NCBI GenBank assembly: GCA_021786315.1
Contig: JAJYNN010000002.1
Span: forward strand, 31,370 to 95,369
Source of the DNA: a bacterium
GTDB taxonomy: Bacteria > Patescibacteriota > Microgenomatia > Daviesbacterales > UBA10151
DNA length: 64,000 nucleotides
Direction: 5' to 3'
Shown: piece after piece, positions 28,289-37,801 of the stretch
Numbering within the stretch: position 1 is the first letter of the stretch
Layout of the letters: each line of letters begins with the position of its first letter
Made by a program: the position numbers and the translations under genes
Notes under the pieces: model-generated
Databases searched by the model: none
Told to the model about the DNA's origin: nothing
Seen by the model: only the letters and a program-made list of their open reading frames with translations

Positions 28289-30041
28289 TATCTACTTTTT
28301 TCCTTGCGAGGAGTTCCTGGGGGTTGGTGGTGATTAAATTATGCTCTTCTTCTGAGGCAACTACCCTCATGGCAACGTGGGTATTGCCGGCAAAGAACAA
28401 TCCCTGGCCGATACTGCCTGCCTGCAGGATCCTTTTTTCTCCTTGGGAAAGGTTAAAGACCTGGCCTAAGGTTTCCACGGAAATAGGCGCTTGTTTTAGT
28501 AGAACCTGCATGGCGGAGTTGGAAATAATTTCCTTGCCCCGGTCGGTGCCTAAGAAATCCTCCACATCTTGGCTGATAGTGGTTACTCCTAAGAAATATT
28601 TACGTGAACGTTTAACCATCTCTACTAAGAAGGCGGCGGAATCGGGATACTTCATCATGTACCAGGCTTCATCTACTACCAGGATCCTTTTCTTAAGCTC
28701 CCGCCTGATCTTTGTCCAAACATAATCCAGGATCAGGTACATAGCCAAAGGCCGCAGCTGGTCGGGAAGTTCGCGGACGGAAAAGACGGTAAAAGGATTG
28801 TCTAATTTGATATTGGAGTGGGTAGAGAAAATCCCGGATAGTGATCCTTTAATAAACCTCTCTAGTCTTACAGCTAAGGAGTTGGCTATTTGGTCTTCCA
28901 TGCCGATTAAGACTTTATACAGATCCTCCATAAGGGGCGGTTCGGCTCCGGCGGGCATGTTGGTGGAGGTAATTCCTTTGAGGCGGTAAGTCGTATTTAG
29001 TGCCCGGTCTAAGATTGCTGCTTCCTGGGAATTAAGATCCCCTAAAACCAGCTTCAAAAATCCAATTAAAGAAAGGATTTTTCTTCCCAACTCATCCTCG
29101 CCTCTGTCGGCCACTTCCGGCAAGTCAAAGGGGTTAATCTTTACCGGTGAGTTTGAGGAGAAGCTAATATAATCCCCGCCCACGGCTTTAGCTAAATCGG
29201 CATACTCCCTTTCCGGATCGATCACGATAACCTCAGTGCCCAGCATTAACGACCTTAAGGCCTCAAGTTTGACGAAGTAGGATTTACCGCTGCCGGCCGT
29301 GGCCAAAACTACCGAGTTGGCGTTTTCCCCTCCAAAGCGGTCGTAAATAATTAAGGAATCATTATGTTCGTTGATCCCGTAAATTACCCCTTCAGCCGAC
29401 ATCAGTTCAGAAGATGTAAAAGGGAAAGTGGTGGCCAAAGAGGTGGTATCCATGTTGTGGGTCAGGTACAAAAGATCCTGGCCTAACGGCTCGGTGCAGA
29501 TAAACCCTTCCTGCATCTGTAAAATCGAAGGTCTGACAGTCACTGAAATACTTCCTAAGGTTGATTCAACGAGTTGAGATTTGTTGTCGAGCTCGGTTTT
29601 GGACCTGGCGGGAGCAGTAATATATAGGCTGTATTGGAAAAATCTTTCGGCGCCTTTGGCCAGTTGTTCCTGTAAATCCCGGGCATCTTCCAAGGCCACG
29701 GTAACTGAGGGGTCGATCACCCGGCCCCGTTCAACGTCGGTCTGAATGGTTGCCTCCATCTCGGCGATCTTTCTTTTTAGATCATCCAGAACTCCGGCAG
29801 ATTTAGTAGGGTATATAAACATGGAAATATATAAGGAATGCTCAAAAGAAACGAGTGGTTCCAGCCAATTGGGTTGAACAAATCTGGGGTATCCCGAAGC
29901 ATAAAAGGTGCGGTAAACACTGTTACAAAGCCGAAGATACGAAAAATCCACCTCCATCTCTAAAGGTGCAACGACATCTTCAATATTTAGCCCTGTGGAA
30001 ACAGGAGCTGGTTGGTTAGTTTTTTTACGGCCCAAAATCAT
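28281..30041 (-). CDS. VirB4-like type IV secretion ATPase
   Basis: FPFTS, YGIN, Walker A ATAGSGKS, VIDPEREY, INPFD, Walker B VVDEAW, RSRKY, TISQ. Confidence 0.92.
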   Translation of the reverse strand: MILGRKKTNQPAPVSTGLNIEDVVAPLEMEVDFSYLRLCNSVYRTFYASGYPRFVQPNWLEPLVSFEHSLYISMFIYPTKSAGVLDDLKRKIAEMEATIQTDVERGRVIDPSVTVALEDARDLQEQLAKGAERFFQYSLYITAPARSKTELDNKSQLVESTLGSISVTVRPSILQMQEGFICTEPLGQDLLYLTHNMDTTSLATTFPFTSSELMSAEGVIYGINEHNDSLIIYDRFGGENANSVVLATAGSGKSYFVKLEALRSLMLGTEVIVIDPEREYADLAKAVGGDYISFSSNSPVKINPFDLPEVADRGEDELGRKILSLIGFLKLVLGDLNSQEAAILDRALNTTYRLKGITSTNMPAGAEPPLMEDLYKVLIGMEDQIANSLAVRLERFIKGSLSGIFSTHSNIKLDNPFTVFSVRELPDQLRPLAMYLILDYVWTKIRRELKKRILVVDEAWYMMKYPDSAAFLVEMVKRSRKYFLGVTTISQDVEDFLGTDRGKEIISNSAMQVLLKQAPISVETLGQVFNLSQGEKRILQAGSIGQGLFFAGNTHVAMRVVASEEEHNLITTNPQELLARKKVDNG

Positions 30042-30870
30042 CGTTTAACTCTTCCACGACAAATGGGGGAGAAAGGGGGGTGGTGGATGAAGGAGCTGGG
30101 GCAGAGGGAATGGGAGTTTGGGGTATGGGGTGAGGCGCAAAAGCTGGTTGAGTGGGAGCGGGTTGAGGTAAAGGTGCAGTAGTTTGGGGAGCAGCTACTT
30201 CCACAGGTTGGTTTATTAGCTTCTTGTCTTCACCGGCCACCTGGTCTACTGATTTATCTGATTTTCTGGCTTCCGGCTTCTGTTTTCCATCCTCCAGGCT
30301 AAACTGGTTTTCCGGATAAGGTGGGTTATAGATGTTGTAAAAGAGGGTCACCAGGTCAGGGGTGGTCATTTGTCTGGACTTTAACCCTAACCTGGAAAGT
30401 TGCCTAATGACGTGGTCTCGCCTGGGGGCAAGCACCGTGGTTGCCCGTTTGCTTTTGTCGGCAATATTTTTAGGTAAAACTCCGAGCTCCACCGGATTTA
30501 CCGCCAGGCAAACATAAAATTGTTTATCCAGGACGTTTTTCTCCTTAATAATACCGGCCACAAATTCGCGGTAACGGGCGGTCATGTTTTTTAACAGGGG
30601 ATTAGTCTGGGTGGCCAAAGCCTTATCTAAAGTTGACAGGTATGATGAGACATCCAGCCTTCTGGACTGGACAACAATTTGGATAGGGAAGGAGAGGGAG
30701 TTTAAAAACCCGGCAAAGGATTCAATAATCGACATTTGCTCAGTTTCAAAAAGCAGCCCGAAGTTCACAGCGGAGGTAGAAATGACCATAGTTACCCCTC
30801 CGTTTTTTAAAAAGACTAAATTATCTTTAATATCGGCAATAGGTACAAAACTTTGGCTACGATTGACCAT
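30025..30870 (-). CDS. T4SS-associated protein (TraC/VirB4 N-terminal-like) with Pro-rich tail
   Basis: AVNFGL...EQ..I...F..FLNSLSFPIQIVVQSRRLD; lies between prgI-like and virB4-like genes. Confidence 0.65.
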   Translation of the reverse strand: MVNRSQSFVPIADIKDNLVFLKNGGVTMVISTSAVNFGLLFETEQMSIIESFAGFLNSLSFPIQIVVQSRRLDVSSYLSTLDKALATQTNPLLKNMTARYREFVAGIIKEKNVLDKQFYVCLAVNPVELGVLPKNIADKSKRATTVLAPRRDHVIRQLSRLGLKSRQMTTPDLVTLFYNIYNPPYPENQFSLEDGKQKPEARKSDKSVDQVAGEDKKLINQPVEVAAPQTTAPLPQPAPTQPAFAPHPIPQTPIPSAPAPSSTTPLSPPFVVEELNDDFGP

Positions 30871-32062
30871 TTTCTGCTTTCTTTGGATGGATTGTAATTG
30901 GCTGAATAACCTCCCCTTCTAAAGAAATTTGTAAGGTATCAAATTCCATGTTCTCTTTTTCCATGGTTAAGTTGTAGGTTCCTGAGGGGAGTGGAGTGGC
31001 GCCACTGAATTGTCCCAGCTTATTTGTCTTTAACGCCCTTACCGGAAGGCCCTCGCTGTTATGGATAATAACAATTACTCCTTCCAGGAAGTTGCCTGCT
31101 TCATCAGAGATAACTCCGTTGATGACGTTGGGGAGCGAAGTTAGGGTGATCTGGGTCTTAACCTCTTTTTTGGGTTCTACTACCACCACATGAGCTTTTT
31201 GGGGTTGCACAACTGGGGTCGGTACAGCAACAGGGTTTTGGGGTGTGGGCTGAGCGGTTACCTGGTTGATTTGGGAAGTTTGTTGATATAGTTTTCCGGT
31301 TTGGGCAACCAGGTTTTGTAAGTTTTGGGAAGCTTGTTGGAATTTTGCAGCGTATTCCGGCCCCGCGATTTCTTTTTGGGCGGCCATGCTCCGGAGAACT
31401 TGGATTTGCCTTTCGGCTTCGGCGATTTTGGATTGTAATAAATGCGCCTCATTAGCCATAGCTACCAATTTGGATAGGTTTTCACTGGAGGGGAGCGCTG
31501 TTGGCGCAGGATTGGTTTGGGTTGTTGTTTGCAGCTGTGGTGTTGGCTCAGGAGCAGGACTTGGACCAGGTGTTGAGGAAAGTGGTGCCTGTGTTTGAGA
31601 TACCGGGGTTGAAGACGGTGCCAAGCGGGTCATCCTTGGCAGAGGTGCGGCAGATTTGGGCTGGGGAGCGGGAGATGTTACCCCAATATTAGTCAGGTAT
31701 CGTTGCAGACGGTTCTTAAAGAGGGGATCGTTGTCGCTAACCTTATTTTTTTGGCCTGTGATTACCCAAAAGCCTTGGGTAGGCGAGTAAATGGCCTTAA
31801 GAAATGCCAAAACCCAGTGATCTAGAGGCCGGTCAAAGATAGGCACAAAAGCAAAGGCTATGCCGGTTAGGGTTGAGACTGTAATAATAGGCAGAGCCAG
31901 AAAAATATTTACCGGGAAGAGCAGGGTAAAAGATACATAGGCAATGGCAAAGCCGGTAGCCAGATACCCAAACTGTTTTAAGGTCATATCTCCCACCAAA
32001 CGGAACTGGAAGGAAGTGACGTTTTGGGGGACAGGATGATCTAGCATAGCAAAAGGGATCAT
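30857..32062 (-). CDS. PrgI-family (VirB3-like) protein with a C-terminal beta-sandwich domain
   Basis: HPVPQNVTSFQFRLVGDMTLKQF, two TMs, RPLDHW; C-terminal NGVISD..GNFLEGVIV..TNKLGQF..GTYNL. Confidence 0.85.
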   Translation of the reverse strand: MIPFAMLDHPVPQNVTSFQFRLVGDMTLKQFGYLATGFAIAYVSFTLLFPVNIFLALPIITVSTLTGIAFAFVPIFDRPLDHWVLAFLKAIYSPTQGFWVITGQKNKVSDNDPLFKNRLQRYLTNIGVTSPAPQPKSAAPLPRMTRLAPSSTPVSQTQAPLSSTPGPSPAPEPTPQLQTTTQTNPAPTALPSSENLSKLVAMANEAHLLQSKIAEAERQIQVLRSMAAQKEIAGPEYAAKFQQASQNLQNLVAQTGKLYQQTSQINQVTAQPTPQNPVAVPTPVVQPQKAHVVVVEPKKEVKTQITLTSLPNVINGVISDEAGNFLEGVIVIIHNSEGLPVRALKTNKLGQFSGATPLPSGTYNLTMEKENMEFDTLQISLEGEVIQPITIHPKKAENGQS

Positions 32063-32167
32063 ATAGCGTGAAAAATGGGTCGTCTAGGGGCTCAAAATGG
32101 GTCATTTCCGACCTATCCTTACTTATTTAATTCACAAGATGAAAAAATAAACCCAAAAATTGGGTAA

Positions 32168-32196
32168 TTGACACAAAAATTTAAAGTTGTTAACGT
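32168..32196 (+). promoter_or_regulatory. Sigma70-type promoter for the riboswitch leader
   Basis: TTGACA-17 bp-TAACGT with an extended TGn, 7 nt before the riboswitch. Confidence 0.7.
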
Positions 32197-32203
32197 AATT
32201 TCC

Positions 32204-32388
32204 GTGGTGTACCGGGTCAGTATTTTTGGCCCAAGGTACATAGGGAATCTTGTGTAAATCAAGAACTGTGCCGCAACGGTAATCCAGAATGTCGGAATAT
32301 CGGAGCGTCGGAACGTCAGAAAATTTAAATTCTGAAACGCTGATACTCTGAAACGCTAACACAATGGTTAAGTCCGGAGACCGACCAC
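32204..32388 (+). ncRNA. Cobalamin riboswitch
   Basis: ATAGGGAATCTTGTGTAAATCAAGAACTGTGCCGCAACGGTAA follows the btuB-type core; 3' B12-box AAGTCCGGAGACC; GTGGT...ACCAC closing helix. Confidence 0.85.
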
Positions 32389-32424
32389 AATCCAAAATAT
32401 TTGGATCAATCCCGTTGCAGGAAT

Positions 32425-32703
32425 ATGACAGAGATATTTTTAAATCCTCTAAAATTAGATCAAGCTAATTCATCTAGCAGTTGCACTCCTGATCCTTCTC
32501 TCTTCGAAGAAGTTGTCGACCATGCTTCTAGAATTTCCCGTTTCGATTTAGAAATCCAACAAAAACCTGATCAGCCAGCCAACCAAATGCTGTTACAGGC
32601 CCTAACACTAACCCCTTATTTTTCCTGTCCTAAATGCGGCCAGGTTATCTTTTTAGGGCCGGAGAAATCGGGCTGTTGTAGCTGCTGTAAAACAGATGCT
32701 TAA
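32425..32703 (+). CDS. Small Cys-rich hypothetical protein (putative Zn ribbon)
   Basis: AGGA then ATG at 32425; CPKCG...GCCSCC near the C-terminus. Confidence 0.55.
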   Translation: MTEIFLNPLKLDQANSSSSCTPDPSLFEEVVDHASRISRFDLEIQQKPDQPANQMLLQALTLTPYFSCPKCGQVIFLGPEKSGCCSCCKTDA

Positions 32704-32706
32704 TGT

Positions 32707-32769
32707 TTGACAGGCTCTAGAGTTTACGCGTACACTTAACTTGAGATTTGTCCCCTAAAGTGCTATAAT
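32707..32769 (+). promoter_or_regulatory. Tandem sigma70-type promoter candidates
   Basis: TTGACA-18-TACACT (32707-32736) and TTGAGA-17-TATAAT with TGn (32741-32769). Confidence 0.55.
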
Positions 32770-32791
32770 TATAGGCTTTCATGGAGGACCT

Positions 32792-35230
32792 ATGTCAAAA
32801 GAATTTATGAGTGAAATTGGGTCAGAAATAGCACCAGGATCAGGATCTGGTTTTGTGGAAAATTCCTCTACTGGAGATCAAGGCAGTTCTCCGTCATCTA
32901 GTGAAATACTCAGTTCTCCTGTTACTTCTCCGGAATCAAAAACAACTTCAACAGATGATTTGATTATAAAAGAAGATGGCCATTTTTGGGTAGCTTATGA
33001 TTCTTCAGGTCACGAAGTTAGAAGATTTCCAAAAGTTGAAGGTGGGGCGCCTCGGGGTCGAGGCTTGGATCAAGAATTTCTCGAAGCAGAAGCCGCGAAA
33101 TTAGCAGCGGAAACAGATCCTTATAAAATTATTGCCACTGTAGATGGGATGGCTATTGGGGAAGCTGGGAAACTAGCGATCTTATTGCAAGTAGATAAGC
33201 TGCGGGGAGAACAGCCGTATTTAGTTTGGGAGAGAGTAGAGAACCTAATTCGGGGTATAGAAGCCCAGGGGGCTGAATTTCCTGATGGAACAGCCTCATC
33301 CCTTGCCAATATTGTCAACGAGGGATTGTCATCCAACGATGAGCTGCGTTCGAAACTGTTTAATTTAATTTTAGCCCGTTACCGTTATCAAAACATAAGC
33401 TACGGTATAGAAGTTGTGGGACTGGAGACTGCGGCGAAACATTTTGGTAATTTAAATGGAAAACAAAATGAAGCTATTTTGGGATTAGGTGGCGTCACTC
33501 AGGCGCTTGAGCTGTCTAACCGCCAGGATGTGGTCAGGCAAAAAGATGGTCTCTCAGATCTGGCTAAAAACGTTAACAACCGGATGACTATTGCCCGGGG
33601 AATTCTGGATGGTAAGGATTCAGTGGGGGTGGCTACAAAGAGAGATGAATATCACAAGCTTTTCCCTGACGTTGATATTGACGCTTTAATAAGCAGCGGG
33701 CATATGGAGGAATTATTCGCTTTAGATCTAAGCCTGCTTGCTGTAGTAGAAAAAAAAGGAACAGAAGCTGGCAAGGAAGATTTTATAAAAGCGGTCGATA
33801 AGGTGGCTAAAGTGGGCGATCGAACTTTTACTGATGCAGAGAAAGAAGCCTTAAAGAAATGGTGGGAATCGAGAAATGAGTTGGAACAACGGGCTTTAAG
33901 CAGATTGCAGCATGAAACTGTACGGGCATTTGATTTAGCCAAAAAAGCGATGAATGTGGTAGGAATTACCGGCAGGTATGACAGCCCGGTTGTCCGGACC
34001 GGTAAAGGCGCCAATGATTTTACTTTCTTGGATATTTATAGAGAGCTTGATCCGATTGTTTCCTATGAAGATGCCGCAGGGGAGAAGCTCGAAGTACACC
34101 TTAATTCTGTGGCTGATATAGCAGACGTTGTAAGAACTATCCGCGATGGGTCTGGAAGAGCAGGGATTGTGGCTATTGCCGGTGAAGATGCTGTCGCGAA
34201 AAAAGAAACTGAAACTAAAAAGAGTATTCTGGATGCGAGTGAAGACGATTTAATTAAATTAATCAGAGAAGGAATGTCCAAGGTAGCTACCAGGGCCCAG
34301 GTCGAAGCGATGGCAGCAATCATACCTGATGTCAGAATAAGAAATGGGCTGATTGATTTATGGGCAGTAGATAAGATTAAAAAAGGTGACGAGGCAGTTG
34401 TTAAAGACATTAAAGCAAAGCATGAGAGGGGTGAGGATGTTGGTTTAGATGACTTGAAAGATCTGGATTTAGGTTACTCTTATAAGATTGCCATGGCCTG
34501 GGATAAGGCCTTGCGGGAATACTTTGTAAAACATTGGGATGAAATTTCGATCCCGTTATCTTTACAGGGGAGTGCCCCAACTTCCCTTAAAAGGGCTTAC
34601 TATTTTCCAGCCTTTATTCCCAGAACGTCTAATGCTGATAGAGGCCGGGCAGGTTATCTTTGGAGATATTCCCATCTTAACGCGCTCGATTTAATGAGCT
34701 ATACAGGCAGGTCTTCTATTGTCGACCAGCTCAAAAATTGGGGTGATGACATCGGGATTATTCTTTCTTGGAGCGGAAGGCTAAAAGGAGCGGATGATAT
34801 GCGTAAAGTAATCGCTGCCGGAGGAGAGGTGGCACTCTTGGATAGTCCTGATGTGCTTAATAGCCCTATTACTTCTTTACCGAAGCTAAAAGGGAAAGCT
34901 GCTTATGTTCCACCAGAAGAGCTTCGTGACTATATGGGGCATTGGGCAGAGGGTGTATCAATATTTTTGAGAAAGTTTAACCGACAAACATTTGGTGGGA
35001 AATTTAAGAATGTTGATGTGAGTTCTGAATATGAAACTTATAAAGCCTTAACTGCTCAGGGAGTTATAGATCAGAACGTAGAAAAAGAGCTTGTAAGAAG
35101 AGAGTTTGGTTTCTGGGGGTATTTTAAAGCAGAAGTTATTTTATTTGTTCAAAGAGCGGATTGGGGAGGGGCGTTTGGAGATGCCTTAAAGAAATTTTTA
35201 AGCGCACTTGGTTTAGGTTCAGGAAAATAA
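32792..35230 (+). CDS. Large helical hypothetical protein
   Basis: 812-aa ORF with GGAGG RBS and Ser-rich N-terminus; no recognised family. Confidence 0.8.
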   Translation: MSKEFMSEIGSEIAPGSGSGFVENSSTGDQGSSPSSSEILSSPVTSPESKTTSTDDLIIKEDGHFWVAYDSSGHEVRRFPKVEGGAPRGRGLDQEFLEAEAAKLAAETDPYKIIATVDGMAIGEAGKLAILLQVDKLRGEQPYLVWERVENLIRGIEAQGAEFPDGTASSLANIVNEGLSSNDELRSKLFNLILARYRYQNISYGIEVVGLETAAKHFGNLNGKQNEAILGLGGVTQALELSNRQDVVRQKDGLSDLAKNVNNRMTIARGILDGKDSVGVATKRDEYHKLFPDVDIDALISSGHMEELFALDLSLLAVVEKKGTEAGKEDFIKAVDKVAKVGDRTFTDAEKEALKKWWESRNELEQRALSRLQHETVRAFDLAKKAMNVVGITGRYDSPVVRTGKGANDFTFLDIYRELDPIVSYEDAAGEKLEVHLNSVADIADVVRTIRDGSGRAGIVAIAGEDAVAKKETETKKSILDASEDDLIKLIREGMSKVATRAQVEAMAAIIPDVRIRNGLIDLWAVDKIKKGDEAVVKDIKAKHERGEDVGLDDLKDLDLGYSYKIAMAWDKALREYFVKHWDEISIPLSLQGSAPTSLKRAYYFPAFIPRTSNADRGRAGYLWRYSHLNALDLMSYTGRSSIVDQLKNWGDDIGIILSWSGRLKGADDMRKVIAAGGEVALLDSPDVLNSPITSLPKLKGKAAYVPPEELRDYMGHWAEGVSIFLRKFNRQTFGGKFKNVDVSSEYETYKALTAQGVIDQNVEKELVRREFGFWGYFKAEVILFVQRADWGGAFGDALKKFLSALGLGSGK

Positions 35231-35235
35231 TTTAA

Positions 35236-36939
35236 TTAAGGTAAGATTCGCCCTATTCTACTCCGAGTATCTGTGGGAGTAGGGCCAAGTCCCATTTTCT
35301 CTTTTTCTTTCGCTTCTGTATAAGCTTTATTTTGTTGTTTAAATCTGGAGGTCAGTTTTCCGTAGAAAGCTTGGCTTACACCCATACCACCCATGAAGCC
35401 TCCAATTATTGATTTGCCAAATAATGGATTATCTTTGATTCCAAAGGCACCCTTAACTGCGTCAGGTATAGAAGGAACCATAAGCAGAACACCATAAGCT
35501 AGAAGTAGACGTAAAAAGTCAGGGCTTAAATTTCCCAAAAGAGGAATGGTACCTGTAAAATTACCCGGATTGCCGGTTACGTTAAAGGGTGCACTCTGCC
35601 ATTTTAAAAGATAAGCAGCAAAAAGTAGTGCGGCAAAAACCGCTGGAAAGACCATCAAATTTCCTAACATATTTTTAATCCAGCTTCCCAAAACGTTTTG
35701 TCTTCCGGGAATACTACCTAAGAGGAACTGGAGGGGAGCTGTGACTGTATTTATTAAAATTGATATGTAAGATGTGATTAATCCGAATACGGTTTTAAAC
35801 ATGGCGATGAGTAATGCAATTATTAAGATAATATATAGCAAAAGCCCAACAATTCCTCCGGCAATATTAAAGTGGGTTAATGCAAAAACTATTCCGCTGC
35901 CGCCGATACATCCAACTGTTTTTTTAGGGTCAAGTGAAAACCCGATACCGAATGGTTTGATATCAATACTAGTAAGCCCTCCAAGCGGGCCCTCATCAAT
36001 AATTTTTTGTCCTAAATAACATCCCACTGCAGCAGAGGTTAGATCGATCATAGTGCCCAAAGGTCCTTGTTTGATGTAATCTAGTGTTTGGGCTGTAGTC
36101 CCGGCAAGTTCCCAGGGGGCATTACTGGTGGGGGAGCTATATTGGCCTACTATGAACGGGCTGAACAGACTAAAAATGTTTTGGCCGCTGAGCAAATTCT
36201 CGGTAGTATTTTTTTGCCCATCAATGATTCCTTCTTGTTCAAAAACTTTGCCTACCAAGTGTACTGAAACAAAAGTGACATCCACTACTAAGGCAGCTAA
36301 AAAGTAGCTGAAAGTAATTAGTATTAAACCGACGACTAGTCCTGGAAGAGCGCTTTGGGCGGAAATAACAGTTTGGGGGTTAATTTTTTGACGGAACATA
36401 ATCATAAAACCTATTACCAGGAAAATAAAAATCATCGCCAGATAGGAGATATTTCTGGCTAGTTTCCATAAAGGTAGGATGGGTGACAAAACATCATTCC
36501 CTGATCCTCTAACCTGGGCGTAAGCAGGTGTAATAATTCCCATACCCTTCCCTGCATCTGCAATATAATCTGCAGCAATTAACGGAGGGGTGGCATAAAG
36601 ATAAGAAATAAAGTAAGTCATTGAGCCGATTGCTCCTCCTGAGGAGATAAATGTTTCCTTGGGAACCATAGTTCCGGCTTTTGGTCCTTGAGTTTCCCTT
36701 TGATATTCGATACAGGGCTGACCAATGATAGAGGATCCTTCCGCTAAACAGCTAAAGGTATGAATTAGATTTATTACTACCATGTTGGCATATTGAGGTG
36801 ATTGATTGGAAAAATTAAGGGAAGTTGGTTGGACAAGTGCAGCGTCTGGAGTGGCAGGTTGAGTTTGGGCTTGAACTGAACTCGCGAAAAACCAGGAACT
36901 GACTATGAGCAGGAAGCTAACCAGGAAACGGGCAGGCAT
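35236..36939 (-). CDS. Polytopic membrane protein, VirB6/TrbL-like
   Basis: Signal peptide, LWKLARNISY..IGFMIMFR, LILITFSYFLA, about 7 TMs; directly downstream of the pilin array. The VirB6 call is by topology and context. Confidence 0.65.
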   Translation of the reverse strand: MPARFLVSFLLIVSSWFFASSVQAQTQPATPDAALVQPTSLNFSNQSPQYANMVVINLIHTFSCLAEGSSIIGQPCIEYQRETQGPKAGTMVPKETFISSGGAIGSMTYFISYLYATPPLIAADYIADAGKGMGIITPAYAQVRGSGNDVLSPILPLWKLARNISYLAMIFIFLVIGFMIMFRQKINPQTVISAQSALPGLVVGLILITFSYFLAALVVDVTFVSVHLVGKVFEQEGIIDGQKNTTENLLSGQNIFSLFSPFIVGQYSSPTSNAPWELAGTTAQTLDYIKQGPLGTMIDLTSAAVGCYLGQKIIDEGPLGGLTSIDIKPFGIGFSLDPKKTVGCIGGSGIVFALTHFNIAGGIVGLLLYIILIIALLIAMFKTVFGLITSYISILINTVTAPLQFLLGSIPGRQNVLGSWIKNMLGNLMVFPAVFAALLFAAYLLKWQSAPFNVTGNPGNFTGTIPLLGNLSPDFLRLLLAYGVLLMVPSIPDAVKGAFGIKDNPLFGKSIIGGFMGGMGVSQAFYGKLTSRFKQQNKAYTEAKEKEKMGLGPTPTDTRSRIGRILP

Positions 36940-36979
36940 TACATCCAGAATATAATAGTTGGAGTCGAGTTTGCAACCA

Positions 36980-37279
36980 TTAAGGACAGATTGGAGCAAA
37001 GCCGATACAAAATGTAAGGATATTAGGTACTCCGGTGAAAGCGGCAATTAGTTTCAGTATTAGCCAGGCAAGGATTAAAAATAGTATCCCTAAAAGTGCC
37101 CAGGTGATAGTGCCGGAGGCAGAACTTAAGGCTTTGGATTCTCCTCCGGAGGTAATCATCCTGATACCGGCCCAAGTCAGCATAATGATGACTAAAATAA
37201 AAGCCACACCCACTGAAAGATTAATAATTCTTTGGATTAGCTCTTGAAGTTGTGTAACACCGGCAGGTCCAGGCCCCAT
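36980..37279 (-). CDS. TrbC/VirB2-like pilin
   Basis: TM-GIRMITSGGESK-ITWALLG-TM hairpin. Confidence 0.8.
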   Translation of the reverse strand: MGPGPAGVTQLQELIQRIINLSVGVAFILVIIMLTWAGIRMITSGGESKALSSASGTITWALLGILFLILAWLILKLIAAFTGVPNILTFCIGFAPICP

Positions 37280-37326
37280 GTAACTAAAGGGTACTAAAAA
37301 AAGGGTAGTGAATCAATAACGGAGAT

Positions 37327-37767
37327 TTATCTGACTGGTGTGGGAGTAACTATGATTGGAGCGGTGGATGTCAGAGAGGGGATAGTTAAGTTGCCCAGGA
37401 TGTTAATGCCTAAGATATTGCCGACTACAAAGACTATCACAAAAGCAAATGCCAAGATTGCGAGGCCGATTAAAGCGTTGGTAATTCTCTTCCGGGCATT
37501 GCCTACAGCCTCCTTGTCACCACCGGAGGTGATCCATTGGAAGGCTCCGATAATCAGCATCACCAATACTGCTAAAGCGGCAACAACGAAAATAATTCTG
37601 ATAAGGTTGGTAAAAAGTACCCCGACAATACCATTGGTGGGGGTGATGGCGGTTCCCGGGGGAGGAGCAACGTTGACTGTAATGTCCGCAAAAGCTTTGC
37701 TGGTGATTGCGAGTGAGCCTAAAGTAGTGAGTAAAGCAGCAACTCTTTTCATGACTGATCTCATCAT
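37327..37767 (-). CDS. TrbC/VirB2-like pilin
   Basis: Signal (AFA), GAFQWITSGGDKEAVGNARKRITNALIG. Confidence 0.85.
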   Translation of the reverse strand: MMRSVMKRVAALLTTLGSLAITSKAFADITVNVAPPPGTAITPTNGIVGVLFTNLIRIIFVVAALAVLVMLIIGAFQWITSGGDKEAVGNARKRITNALIGLAILAFAFVIVFVVGNILGINILGNLTIPSLTSTAPIIVTPTPVR

Positions 37768-37801
37768 ATGCCGATTATTATTTACTTGTCAAGCACGGCC
37801 T

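Noticed and set aside
30060-30200. G-rich tracts on the + strand as a special DNA structure
   Set aside because: Explained by Pro-rich coding on the minus strand.
32132-32395. 87-aa minus-strand ORF upstream of the prgI-like gene
   Set aside because: It coincides with the antisense of the cobalamin riboswitch and its octamer repeat.
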